In this document: positions 23,674 to 35,200 of the stretch, in pieces
How the letters are laid out: every line of letters starts with the position of its first letter
Numbering within the stretch: position 1 is the first letter of the stretch
Source: Takakia lepidozioides
Taxonomy: Eukaryota; Plantae; Bryophyta
Assembly: GCA_030704615.1 (NCBI GenBank)
Contig: CM060731.1
Coordinates: 49,910,001 to 49,974,000 of the forward strand
Length of the DNA: 64,000 nucleotides
Reading direction: 5' to 3'
The notes under the pieces: generated by a model
Told to the model about the DNA's origin: nothing
Seen by the model: only the letters and a program-made list of their open reading frames with translations
The model's database searches: none
Translations under genes and position numbers: made by a program

Positions 23674-24598
23674 AGGTTGGGTCTGTTTTGGGAGATGGTG
23701 CGGGTTTTGCGCTACTTGCAGCTTCATCAAGCTGTATCTCCAGCATACATCTTGGAGAATGTGCCACTGATGGGCGATTCTCGGGCCAAGGTGATGGCCA
23801 GTGTGCATCAAGTCCGGTCGTGGCAGCAATGTTGCTGGATGTAGCTACAGTGGGGTCACGGGCTCATCGTCCACGGCTATGGTGGACTAACTTGATGCCA
23901 CCTGCACTGCTCAAACGTGCATTTGATGGGGTACAACAACTAGCACACCTCACAGTGGGTAGCATTTTGGACACAGGGATGCAGTCTCAGCGTGTGAGAC
24001 ATGATGACCGTTCGCCTTAAGCAGTGGTCAACAAGGTGGGTCAACCACGAGCGACATTACCTACACTGCTCAGCTTCCCAGGATCGCATGCTTTCCGGGA
24101 TAGTGGACCTGGCCTCCTGTGGAATGCTCAGTTGCAGTAGTTAGTGGAGCCTAATGCCGATGAGCGCGAGCGGGCTACAGGTTTTTCCACTGGGACCATG
24201 GCGGTGCATTCTCTTTCTGAGGCATCACTCGTCAGGTGTTGGGGCAAGCAATGGATCTCAATTGGTTGACCTGGGTCATTAGCTTGAGTATGGCTGAGCA
24301 GCGCAGGTTGCGGACAACTTCTCCCACTACATGTCCCTTGACATATTCCCTGCCTACCGAGACAGTACAGGCAGTGAGTGGGGGCGAGCAAGTGAGGACC
24401 ACGGGGTGCAGACATCCATGGCACACGTGGGAGGTGCTCGAGGTTCAGATGGAGTTGGCAGCCAAGGCGGCGGTGATGGATGAGGTTGGGGATTCTTCTC
24501 GGGTTGAGGAGGTCCTTGAGGATGAGATGATGGGGCAGGATGAGGCCTTGTCATTGACAGAGCAGGCAGTGGGCACTGCTCAAGAGGTTGCAGCATAA
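23674..24598 (+). pseudogene. C5-cytosine DNA methyltransferase, C-terminal half (motifs V-X) plus acidic linker
   Basis: RLGLFWEMVRVL, YILENVP (VI), GSRAHRPRLWWTNL (VIII), EPNADERERATGF (IX) and RQVLGQAMDLN (X). Frameshifts near 23823 and 24228; stops at 24018 and 24138. Confidence 0.88.
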
Positions 24599-27322
24599 CA
24601 ACCACTCGTGCCTCACCTAACACAGCGTGCACGGTGCTGTCGCGGCTACCAACAACGCGGGTCCCCGCCGCTGCAGGGCGTCTCTCCCCCGCTCACCATG
24701 GCTCTCTCTCTCTTCAGCTCGTTTAGATCGCGCCTCTGCGCGGCGTTCCTACCACACAGGGGAGAGAGAGATCAGCCCGTGCTTAGGGCAAGAAAGCAAG
24801 AGAGAAAGTGAGAGAGGAGGCGGTGCTTACCTTTTGCATTGGAGCGACGTTGGGGAAAACTCCTTGGGGCCTTGCGACCACCTCGGGCTCAGCAGCAGGT
24901 GCGTTTCTCCTCCACCCTAAACCCCACTCTCTAAACTACCGTCTCTCCAATCTACTCTCTAGTGATCACGAACTTCCTTCTTTATCAAAGCAAATGGCCT
25001 CAGGGCCCACAACGAGCTAGCTTCCTATTCTTAGCTCTCAAAATCAACACTCTTTCCTAACTAGGGAGCTTCAAACTCCACTCCCTAGGACCTAGGCTCC
25101 CTCTAGCAAACTAAACTACAACAAAGCAAGAGCAAAGCAAAGAAATGAACTAGGTGAAGAAACAATGAAGCCTTGCCCTTCTTTTATACTGTTTTTGGGG
25201 CTCTTAAAATATTGTAGGATAGTCTTAAATTAGAGGGAGACATAATAAAAAACTACTAAATTTCAATAAACAAATATTTGGATGGAACTCATCCGGGAGT
25301 CTTTTCCTCCAATGAAATCAATAGAAAATAATTTAAATCGGTTGCCGCAAGTGCCGTAGCCTCGTAATTCGGTGCCATTGATAACCTTAACCATAAATCA
25401 CAAAACTTGGTGATAAATTATGGTTAGATGCTCTGTAATTGCTTGTCAATCCTTAGGTCAATCGGAGTGAAAAACCAATTCCCAACGCCGTTCTCCATGG
25501 ACCCGCCGCGTACGAAGTCTGCTGCTTCCCTGGAAATTCTCCTAATGGTAATGCCCCTGGAGTCTTGGATCCTGCCACTTGATCTTGTACCCTCGGAAGT
25601 CACCTCCAACTACCCATTTGCACCGTTGGCTGGCCACGGTCCGCTCCGAAGTCGTCTGTTCCGCCGTTGTTCCGATGCAACATCCTGCTGTTGTTGCGAT
25701 ATTTCATCGCTATACAATGTCCTAATTCTAATTTCCCAAGTGCCGTCACCATGTGGACCTACTGGATAAGTGAAGGGGGAGAATAAACAGATCGCAACCC
25801 GTCCTTACAGTCGCTCTTGTATAGTTCAAACAATTCATAGTTGCTGCTAGTTGTACCGTGTTGGTAGCCTACTATGCTGTCCTTGCAGCTTTCCTACTGT
25901 CGTTTTGATGCCAAAGTACCACTCGATGCTCATCTCAGACTTAATCTAATTCCTAAGTGCTTCACTAGCAGTTCCCAAAGAACTAACAACTTGTGATAAT
26001 TTGGCAGCACAATGCCGAAACTGCCTGGCTAAGGATAAAAAATGATCCAAAAATAAAATTGCACCCATTTATGCATCTACACGGGTCTCTCCTCGAAGAG
26101 ACCAGATCGGCAAAAAAGTTATAGGACGGACCTCTCTCCATCCTCAATTAACCCCAGAGTGTTCCTTTTATCTACTCCGTCCCAATGGACTCTTCACAAC
26201 GCAGACGATATCCGTGATATTTTTCCTCTATCCTCTCAAGACGGGAGGCAAAGCCTGGCCTCTTTCTGTCTTCAGCTCAAATCTTTTGCAGAGGTTGTTT
26301 TGCCTGACGCTTTTCATGTAACGGGAACACAATCAGTGGCCATCAACATCTCCCCCATCATTTTCGGGTTTTCCGAGGGTACTCCGTCCATTCTCCTCTC
26401 TAGGAATAATAAGTTGGTTCTTGTCCTTGATATAGCTACCAATATTGAACACTTCCATTTCCTGCCTGTGCTTGGGCTCGTCGTTACTAAGAAGGGTGCA
26501 CTTTTCCTGTCTCCTGGAAAATAACTGGAGCTCATCCTCAGCAAAATAAAAGAAATTTTTGCTGCTTCCCTTCCCTCAGTTGATTTGTCCTCTGACTCTG
26601 CTGTCTATTCTGGCTCTCGGGTGCACCAATCTACATCCAACAGTTTTTTTTTTTTTTGTTCAAGTTCTCCCTGTCTCAAGGTTCTCTGTCGTTTCTAACT
26701 TGCAAAATGATACAGTTTCTCAGAAGTAGTTATATGGCATTTCCGTCCCTCTTGAACTGGGATCCGTTTCAGGACGCCCTTATCTCATGGCAATTTATGA
26801 GGCCGGGATGATGTTGGTGGAAACGTTCCGGTCGTCCCAGAAGTACTCTCGCAACATTGAAAAACTGCTGCAGTCCGACGATCTCTCCATCTTGCCTATC
26901 CCAGATGCTGATAATTCATCTTTCCGCCCCTTAACATTGCTCTTCCGTCCCCCCCCCCCGGTGAGCTCTGGCAGTCTTCTAGTTCCACTTTTTATCTTTT
27001 GCGAAGGCTGCTCTTCCTCCTCTAGCTGGGTTCTTTCTGCGGATTCGGCGGCACCCTCACTAATTCTCCCCGCGCTGAGATTCCCTTGTTTATGTACTTT
27101 AAAAATTCTAGAGCAACTTCTGGTTGTTACAAGGTCTGCAGATTATGCATCTCCACTTTTGTTAATTAGTTGCTTAGAGCTTGCTTTAGAGAAACAAGGC
27201 TTGTTGGAAGCAACTAAAAGTATTGAAGTCCTAGTTTGTTTGAGGCTTAGAGCTTAATTAGAGGTGCTAGCAAACTCGGAGGAGACAACTAGTTGTGCTT
27301 GGGAAGACTAGGGATACTCTAG

Positions 27323-27740
27323 CACTACAACAGATTGCGGCTTTCATGACTGCCATGGGTGCGCAATCATGGCAAATTTGTGGTAGAAATGCCAATTGTA
27401 GTAAAAAATGCCTTTGAAGTCATAACGTAGGTCTGGGGAAGGTGTATATGCGACTGCATGACTCCGGACTCTGCTCAACATAGGTCAAACATGTTTGACC
27501 ACGAATATTGGCATGGCAGATATGACTACTAGTCGTGGTCATGGCTACACTGGAATGACGTGTGTATATTGCTAGACGGACATTATGACTTCATGACTCT
27601 CACTCTAATGCATTCTGCCAGATCATCACATGGATGAATCACTACATGACTGCACGTGTCGACACAAGCTTTTCTGGTTATATATATAATATATGAGTAT
27701 TTACATTTTGAAAAAACGGAGATTATGACCACTAGAATGA
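27323..27740 (+). mobile_element. Possible one-ended CACTA remnant
   Basis: CACTACAACAG at 27323 followed by many ATGAC(T) copies resembling subterminal repeats. Matching far end not found. Confidence 0.4.
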
Positions 27741-27790
27741 ATTAACAAAAAACAAAAAACAAATCAAAGTGCAAAAGATTAAAAAATAAA

Positions 27791-27994
27791 CACATCGGCT
27801 GGTAAGTGTACAGTGTGTCGCCCTGGTGGTTCGGGGTTCAAACCCGCTGCCCTATCCCGTGTGTGGGATTGTTCGTGACGGTATGTCTGGGCGTTGATCG
27901 TCATGTAGGTCTCATGGCCCATACATGAAAGGGGGTTAATTTTTTCCCCTTCCTCAAGGGCCTGAGGTTTCCTGTAAAAAAAGAAAAAGAAAAA
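27791..27994 (+). mobile_element. tRNA-derived SINE-like element
   Basis: A-box-like TCGGCTGGTAAG, B-box GGTTCAAACC (27835-27844), ~130-nt body and A-rich tail 27976-27994. No clear TSD. Confidence 0.5.
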
Positions 27995-29238
27995 TCAAAA
28001 AGTTGCTCATAGGGTTTGCAAAAAGGTTAAAAAAACTTAAAAAGTTGCCCATCACGGTAGCCGTGAACAGACTTAGAGCGAGCGGGAGGGAGAGAGAGAG
28101 GGCTGGGACTTAGAGCGAGCAAGCGGGAAGATATTGACCCCCTTACCTCAAAAGTTCAAAGCAATACACCAAAGGCACAATTGTTTATTTTGAGTCCATA
28201 TATTTCCATTTGCAGCGGTGACAGTCCACAGTTGTCGTGTTCAAAAGTCCATACCTCTTAGACATTTTATTTGATTAACAATTTGACGGTTGATATAGGT
28301 CGTAGATATTGAAGTTAGGAATTCAGCACGAAAAAAGTTTTTCAACATTATTGATTCTATATATTCAAAGCAATTCAGGATCGGCGGTCCTGCGCACGGG
28401 GCTCGCCCGCACGCTTCTGCTTTGCCGCGCGTGTGTGTCATTTCCTCAAGTACAACAGTCAACGTAGGCCTGCGCCCTCAGCACCTCGGCGCGTGGCTGC
28501 AGGGGCCCAAAGCACAAAGTTCCCTCGCCTCTTAAGCGTATGGCGACTCTATCCCTGCTTGAGCGGGCCTCAATGGTTCCTCATAATGGGAATAAACAAC
28601 AAAAAACAAAAGAATGAAACCCCACCCCCTACTCTAAAGATCTCCCTGTCTTTTAGGGGGGTTAGTGAGTTAGTATAGCCACCATGGCCCTCCTAGATAC
28701 TAACCACCTTGCTGGTCCTCTCTTTCCGGAACATTTTCACTTTAAAAACTCAAAAGCACAACAATAAAGAAATATATATATGATCCTATGGATCTATGGC
28801 CTAAGAGGCCTTCTCACTCTTAGCCTTTAAGGAAGTTTCCTTCTCCTTAACACATATACCACGTCATATGACTTCAACCCATAATGGAGTCCTTGCTCCT
28901 TTAACAAATGACCTTTCTCTCTCAACTAAGCTCTCATCTTTCCTTAGAGGGTTAGTTTTTCACATATAAGAGACAGCCTCTCATGGGCCTGTCTTGCAAA
29001 CTCAAGTGGAATAGCAAAGCAAACATCAAAGCAAAGTAAGGTAAGTGGTTTATCAACCTTAGGAGCAATGTGAGCTTGGGATGCTCTAATGGCTCGATGG
29101 TGTGGCTCTTGTGAGGCCCCTTTTCTAGGTGCATGTCAACATTGTCCACCCATAGCACTCTACTCGTCCCACAGCTCGCCGCAACAGCTCGCTTGAAGCA
29201 CCAGCAGTAGTAGTAGCCGTAGCAGCAGAGGTAGGTCA

Positions 29239-29592
29239 GGGCAATTGCAATCTCCCTTTCCTCTCTGTTACTGTTTACTGTTCAAAGATAGTCTTCCTGC
29301 CCTAAGTTTAAATTTTGGTCTGGTGCCAAGAGTGGGATAGACCCTTGAGCGCATCCATGATGTCCTTCCCCCATGTCACAGACTGGAAACAGGTTCAGGG
29401 AAGTTTTCTTCCTAACTTCATTTTCATCGGACAATTTTCTGGTAACAGACATGGCTTTGGACACTACACTCTCTAAGTCAGGTTTATCCATCAAGGTCAA
29501 GACTTGCGGGTCCAGATTCAGATCCTTGAGAATCTCTTCTACTCTCTTCTCCCAGGGCTTACCCTATTTGACAGGGCGGTCCTGTTTCCCAT
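29239..29592 (-). mobile_element. Fragment of the RTEX-like LINE family
   Basis: Reverse complement matches ~6500-6850 (LMDKPDLESVVSKAMSVTRKLSDENEVRKKTSLNLFPVCDMGE). Confidence 0.9.
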
Positions 29593-30263
29593 GAGGAGTT
29601 GGGGCATTTTGGAGTGCGACGCACTCACAGTTTACTGCAGGGGCAATATTAGTGGCGTGGTATGCATACAGAGGTGCAACAGTTCATGGCTAGGTGCTTG
29701 GTGTGTGATTGATGCTCAAGAGGTTGGCACATGGGATGCTTGACACCACCTCTTGAGAAGGTTTCTGACGGAGATTGGTTGTGTCCACACTACTTGGGAT
29801 AGTGGCAATGGACATGACTAGAGGCAGCTAACAAGACATGGGAGGCCAAGCTCATAGGAGTCAATACACGAGATCTCCGGCTCAAGTTCCAGGTTGCAAG
29901 ACAACGACTAACGATGGGGCAACTCTTGCACCCGGCCTCTTGATCTATCGAGTTTGAGTGTAGTAGGGACAGTGGTGGAGGACTTAGTGAGGCTATGGTC
30001 ACTATCACATCTTGTGGCTACCTGGACTTAGAGGGACCTAAGCACCAGCTAGGGGGGCGATTGTGGTGGACTAGTGACTGCCATAGTGGGTAGCATAGTG
30101 GCAGCCTAGTGGTTGGACTAGTGGCTAGACTAGTGATATACTAGTGTGTGTTGTGCACATGTGTTGTGTGCTTTGGGACAACAATGTAGTTGTGTAGCAA
30201 TATCTATGCGCACGACAGGCATTAGACATGGCTATGATAAAACCCCCTCCAGGAAAAAGAATT

Positions 30264-30656
30264 TGTACTCATATGATGTTGTTTGCCGTAGCCTTGTGGC
30301 CATTGACCTGACGCCCAGTTTGAGCAGAAGAGAAAGGGACAGAAGCTACCTTTGTCACGGGCTGATGCCGGTAGTATGACTTAACTTGAAAGAGACAAAT
30401 TGAAGTTCTGCAGATCATATCCCTAATTCACACAAACAACACTCTATGTGTGATTCGCCCAATAACTAGACCCCAAAAGGGCAGGTCTTCTAGCTCAGCC
30501 TCAAGATTGTCAAAGTTGGTAATTCCCTTGATGGAATTGAAGAGGGTAACTATCACCAAAGAGTACCCAGGACAATGAATCAGAAAGTGGATATCGTCTT
30601 CAGGTTGCCCACACAACCGGCATTTGCTATACCCCTTTCATCTCTGGGCCTGTTTG
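30264..30656 (-). mobile_element. 3' end of an RTEX-like LINE copy, interrupted by Ty3 copy 2
   Basis: Reverse complement matches ~6820-7232, including CGQPEDDIHFLIHCPG and the terminus GGCTACGGCAAACAAC..TATGAGTACA. Confidence 0.9.
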
Positions 30657-31548
30657 TGTTAGAGGACTGTCGGGGACTTAGACACTTATACGGGATCTGT
30701 AGGGTACCCTTAATTTTTGCACAGACTGAGACCAACAGGAGCCTTAGGGGTGACAGCAGCGCACTGTAGAGGGGGGTTACACAGCCCGTCACAGTCGTCA
30801 CAGCCGACACAGCCAACACAGCCCGTCACAGTTGTCACAGTCATAACAGCCATCACAGCCAACACAGCTCGTCACAGTCGTCACAGCAGACACAGCCGAC
30901 ATAGCAAACACCCCATCACAGTCGGACAACCACACAGCCAGTCACAGCCCGACACAGCCAACACAGTCGCACAGCCAGTCACAGCCCGTCACAGTTTCAC
31001 ACAGCCAGTCACAGCTTGACACAGCTGTCACGATCATAGGGAACGAAGAGTAGGACAGGGAACGACTGTGGGGAACAACACCTGCGAAGGGAACATGTTA
31101 GTTCACAGACGACGGTTAGTGAGGGAAACGGTTGTTAGAACCACGGATAGGAAGATAAAGGGAGAGAAACGGGGATTGAGGGATATCATGCGGAGGAGGA
31201 CTTCTTGGTCAGGAAGGAGAGGGGATGGGGCAGAGATGAAGAACGGAAGTGAAGATAGAGAGATGATGAGTAGATGCTTGATATATGCAAGGCCGTAATG
31301 ATATTGTAGAGCAGATTAGAGACGCAATGGCTTCGGCCTGATACTTGATAAATCATAATCGGATACTTTTACGATACAATCACACTGTGTAGAGAGATCT
31401 GAGTGAAGCTGTGAAATGAATGGATGAGTGTGGAATCCAATAGATTGATAAAGCAAACTGATACTTAATTATCAATGGTAAGATAGCTAACATGAATACC
31501 AAAGGGAAACAAATAGGAAACACCCCCATGATACATTAGCTGTAGGTC

Positions 31549-32244
31549 ATGACTGATTGTTCTGCGCGGGCTGAGTACTTAGAGATTTCCAACTCTTCTA
31601 TCTTGGAGTTTCCGCCTCGAATAGCGAAGGGATGGGTGAGTAAAAGCCGCGCGACATTTGGCGACCATACTGGGGACCTGAGACATGAACAACCAGATGT
31701 GACAGGCATCTGGTGGGATCATGGTGGTTGGACCATTAAAGAATTTGAAGTGAATCAAATTCCCTGTGGAACGAAGGAAGAAAGATTGTCCAAACAATTC
31801 TTTCAAAGGTTCTTGGAATTGCCAGACGGTTGTAAAGAAAATATTCTTAAACGAGTGCATGATGCTGATCCAGAATGGGGTCTGGAGAAAGGAGTGATAA
31901 AGATTTATCAGGTAGCCTGTAGAGGAAGAGCACGTTGGTTACCAACATTGGTTTATGTGATAGCATTGGTATCCATTAAACGAGTAGAGTTTGAAGGCTG
32001 GGAAGAAAGAAAGGTGAATGTTTATACTCATATGCATGAAGAGCTTGTACTGGTAAAGAATTGGATTCCAAAGGATATTTTGTGGATCAAACTCACACCA
32101 AGAACAGCTTTTCAGACTTGTTTGCCATATGGTTATATGGTAACGGAGACTTCAAGTATAGCCAAGGGTGCATTGAAGCTTGAAAGAAACCCAGGCATAT
32201 ACGAGAGATATTACAGAAGAGAGTTTTGGTTATTGCCACATTAA
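31549..32244 (+). CDS. Accessory ORF0, copy 2 (231 aa)
   Basis: Intact; two amino-acid differences from copy 1. Confidence 0.6.
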   Translation: MTDCSARAEYLEISNSSILEFPPRIAKGWVSKSRATFGDHTGDLRHEQPDVTGIWWDHGGWTIKEFEVNQIPCGTKEERLSKQFFQRFLELPDGCKENILKRVHDADPEWGLEKGVIKIYQVACRGRARWLPTLVYVIALVSIKRVEFEGWEERKVNVYTHMHEELVLVKNWIPKDILWIKLTPRTAFQTCLPYGYMVTETSSIAKGALKLERNPGIYERYYRREFWLLPH

Positions 32245-32265
32245 AAGAAATGAAAGACATGGGAC

Positions 32266-35200
32266 ATGAGTGATGAAAGAGAAGCTAGACGACAGAGATA
32301 TTCAGCAAAAAGAGAAAGCTATCTGAAAGCTAATTATCCATATCTTTGGGAGAGAGGAATAGACATAGGGGAATCATCTGGACCTCTCACACCATTAAGA
32401 TCAAAGAGTACATCACCTACACCGGAAGAACTAGAGTTGGATGCCACTCCTTCTGTTTCTTTGCAAGAAAGATTAAGGGAATTGGTACAGGAAGAAGATC
32501 AATCACGAGGTGAAAGATCTGAGGTACATCCTTGGATAAAAGACTTGACAGAAATCTTGATAAGAGTTGGCATGGAACACCAAAAGCAGGAACTCCAGTT
32601 TCTGAAGCAGAAGGTGAAGAAGGAGAAGAGGATGTGGCAGAGCCAACGGAGAGTTCAGACTCTCCAACACCATTACAGTTGAGTTACATGAGTGACGAAG
32701 AAACCCAAGGGCAGAACTTGGAGGATGAAAACAGAGAGAAGAAATTAGAGAGGAAGAATATGAAGAAGTAGACCCAACAGTTGAGGTTGAGACTACAACC
32801 AGGACATCCCAACCCGTTGGACCTGGATCAAGTGGAACACTTGGATCACAGGCCAACGAAGGTGTCGGCTCAGGGGGATCAGGCGGGCTGCCTGGATCTG
32901 GCTCTGGGGGACAGGGAGTGTGGGAAGTAGTGCAACTAAAGCTGGGAATACTGTGAATATCGTGGGGTCGGAAGCAGGAAGTGCTCAAGGGCCACCACTT
33001 GGTGGAAGATCCACCACAAAAAGAACAGGTCCAGAAGGACCAGCACCAGTAAGGGTGCCAGCACCTGTCAGTGGGCAGAAGGTAGGGCCACAGATGGCGT
33101 TACAACCAACACGGGCAAAACCACCCTTTCCAATATATTCAGGAAAAGGGGATCCCGATGTACACATTAGCCAATTTGAGCACATGTGTATAGTGAACAA
33201 TGAGAATGGCGATGATGCCAAGATGAGACTGTTTCCTTGTTCACTTATCAAGAAAGCAATGAATGGTATGCAAGATTCCCTGATAATCATTTCCTAACCT
33301 GGAATGGCTTGAATACAACATTTCGAAATAGGTTCAGGACAAGTAAAACTGAGGATGAAGTGTATGGAAGTTTACAACAGCTGAAGCAGAAGAAGCATGA
33401 AACTGTTGAAGAGTATATGGAGAAGATGGAATTGATGATGAAAAAGCTGGCTGCAGTACCAGCGCCCGGGTTACAGAAGACTTGGTTTGTGAGTGGACTA
33501 AGACCAGAATTGCAAAAGAAAGTGGATATGTTATCCCATAATACAGTGGAGGAGGCATTTGAAACTGCGAACAGAATTGAGCAATTGGGAATGCTCAGGA
33601 GAGAGAAAAAGAAGATGAGGACTCTGAGGATGAGTCAGATGAAGAAGAAGAGCAAGAACTAAAAAGAAAGAGTAAGAGAAAGGAGAAGTTGAAGAGGGAT
33701 AACTATGAAAAAAAATTGGAAGAAATCTTGAAGAAGTATGCCACAGAGGCTGCAACACATTGGAGGAAGGGTGTATGGTGTGCAAAGTGCCAGAATGAAG
33801 GCCATACCACCACAGAATGCCACATGAAGGAGAAACACTGTACTATCTGTAAAATGGATAACCATTCTACTGAGAATTGTTACTACAACAGAAGGACAGC
33901 TGCAAGAGAACCTAGGCAAGTAAGGGTGCATCAGGTGCAGCCCCAGCCAAGAAGAAACAATGATCAGGACCACTATGGTAGGTCTGGTGGTTATAACAAT
34001 GGCATGGAAGGGAGAGGTAATTCAAGAGGGAATTACCAAGGAAATTCCAGAGGCAACTATCAGGGTAATCCAAGGGGGAATTACCAGCCGGGAATCAGGA
34101 TTATAGAAATAATCCAAGAACAGACCAAGGGCGAGGACCCAATGGTGAAGAGCTATGTTACTATTGTAATCAGCCAGGACATCGCAAGCAGCCTGTTCAT
34201 TCTGGATAAGACACCAGAATGAGATGAGAGCTCCTGTGAATGAGGGCCCAGTGGTGGCAGCTCACATGGTTAGGCCATATGTTGTACCAGAAGTAAGTAC
34301 AATGATAGTAACAAGAAGTAAAGCCAAACTAATACCTCCAGTAGAAGAGGAAGAAGATGAGAATGGAAGTGGCAATGATATGCCTGAAGATGAAGAGACT
34401 TGGAAAGATGAGAAGGAACTGCACAAGGAAGTGGCAGATACTATAAGGGAAATGCAAAAGAGTACTGATATTCTTGTGGCAGATTCCTCTGATTCGGATG
34501 GAGAAAAAGAAGGAAATGAGGAAGAAAGGAAAAAAGAAGATGCAGACATGCAAAGTAATGAAGAGACTTTGGCTGAAGTAATATGCCAGACCAAAGCAGA
34601 AATTACCATTGGACAGCTATTAGCGGTGGCACCTTATTGTAGGCACAGGCTGTATCAAGCAATCAATCGAATTACCCAAGAGACAGGAAACACAGACCTG
34701 AACAGCAAGGTGACCAGTTATAATGTGAAGCCGGAAGGGCGAGAAACAGTCATGGACTTTGATGATTCTATGCCAGTAATCCAATTGAGAATTGGAAGCA
34801 CAGAACTAACTGATGTACTGATAGATGGGGGTTCTGGAGTAAATATCATGACAGACCAATTAAGGAAGAAGCTTGGTAAGTAACATGAAACCAGCCCCAT
34901 TTACAGTAACAATGGCAGATCAAAGAAGTGTACAGCCATTGGGATTAATAAGAGGAGTTAAGATACAGATACAGAAAATGATCTTTATGATCACAGTAAC
35001 TGTATTAAAAATGGATGAAGTCATGGAGGCTTACTCCTTATTATTGGGATGTCCGTGGCTGAAACAGGCTAGAGTATTCCATGACTGGAATTCTCAGTTA
35101 CTAACCGTGCATAATGGGATACACGAGATACAAATTACCACAAAGAAATCTAGTGGATTACCTGCTACAAGAAGACCTCGAGGAGTCAGAGAGTATGACT

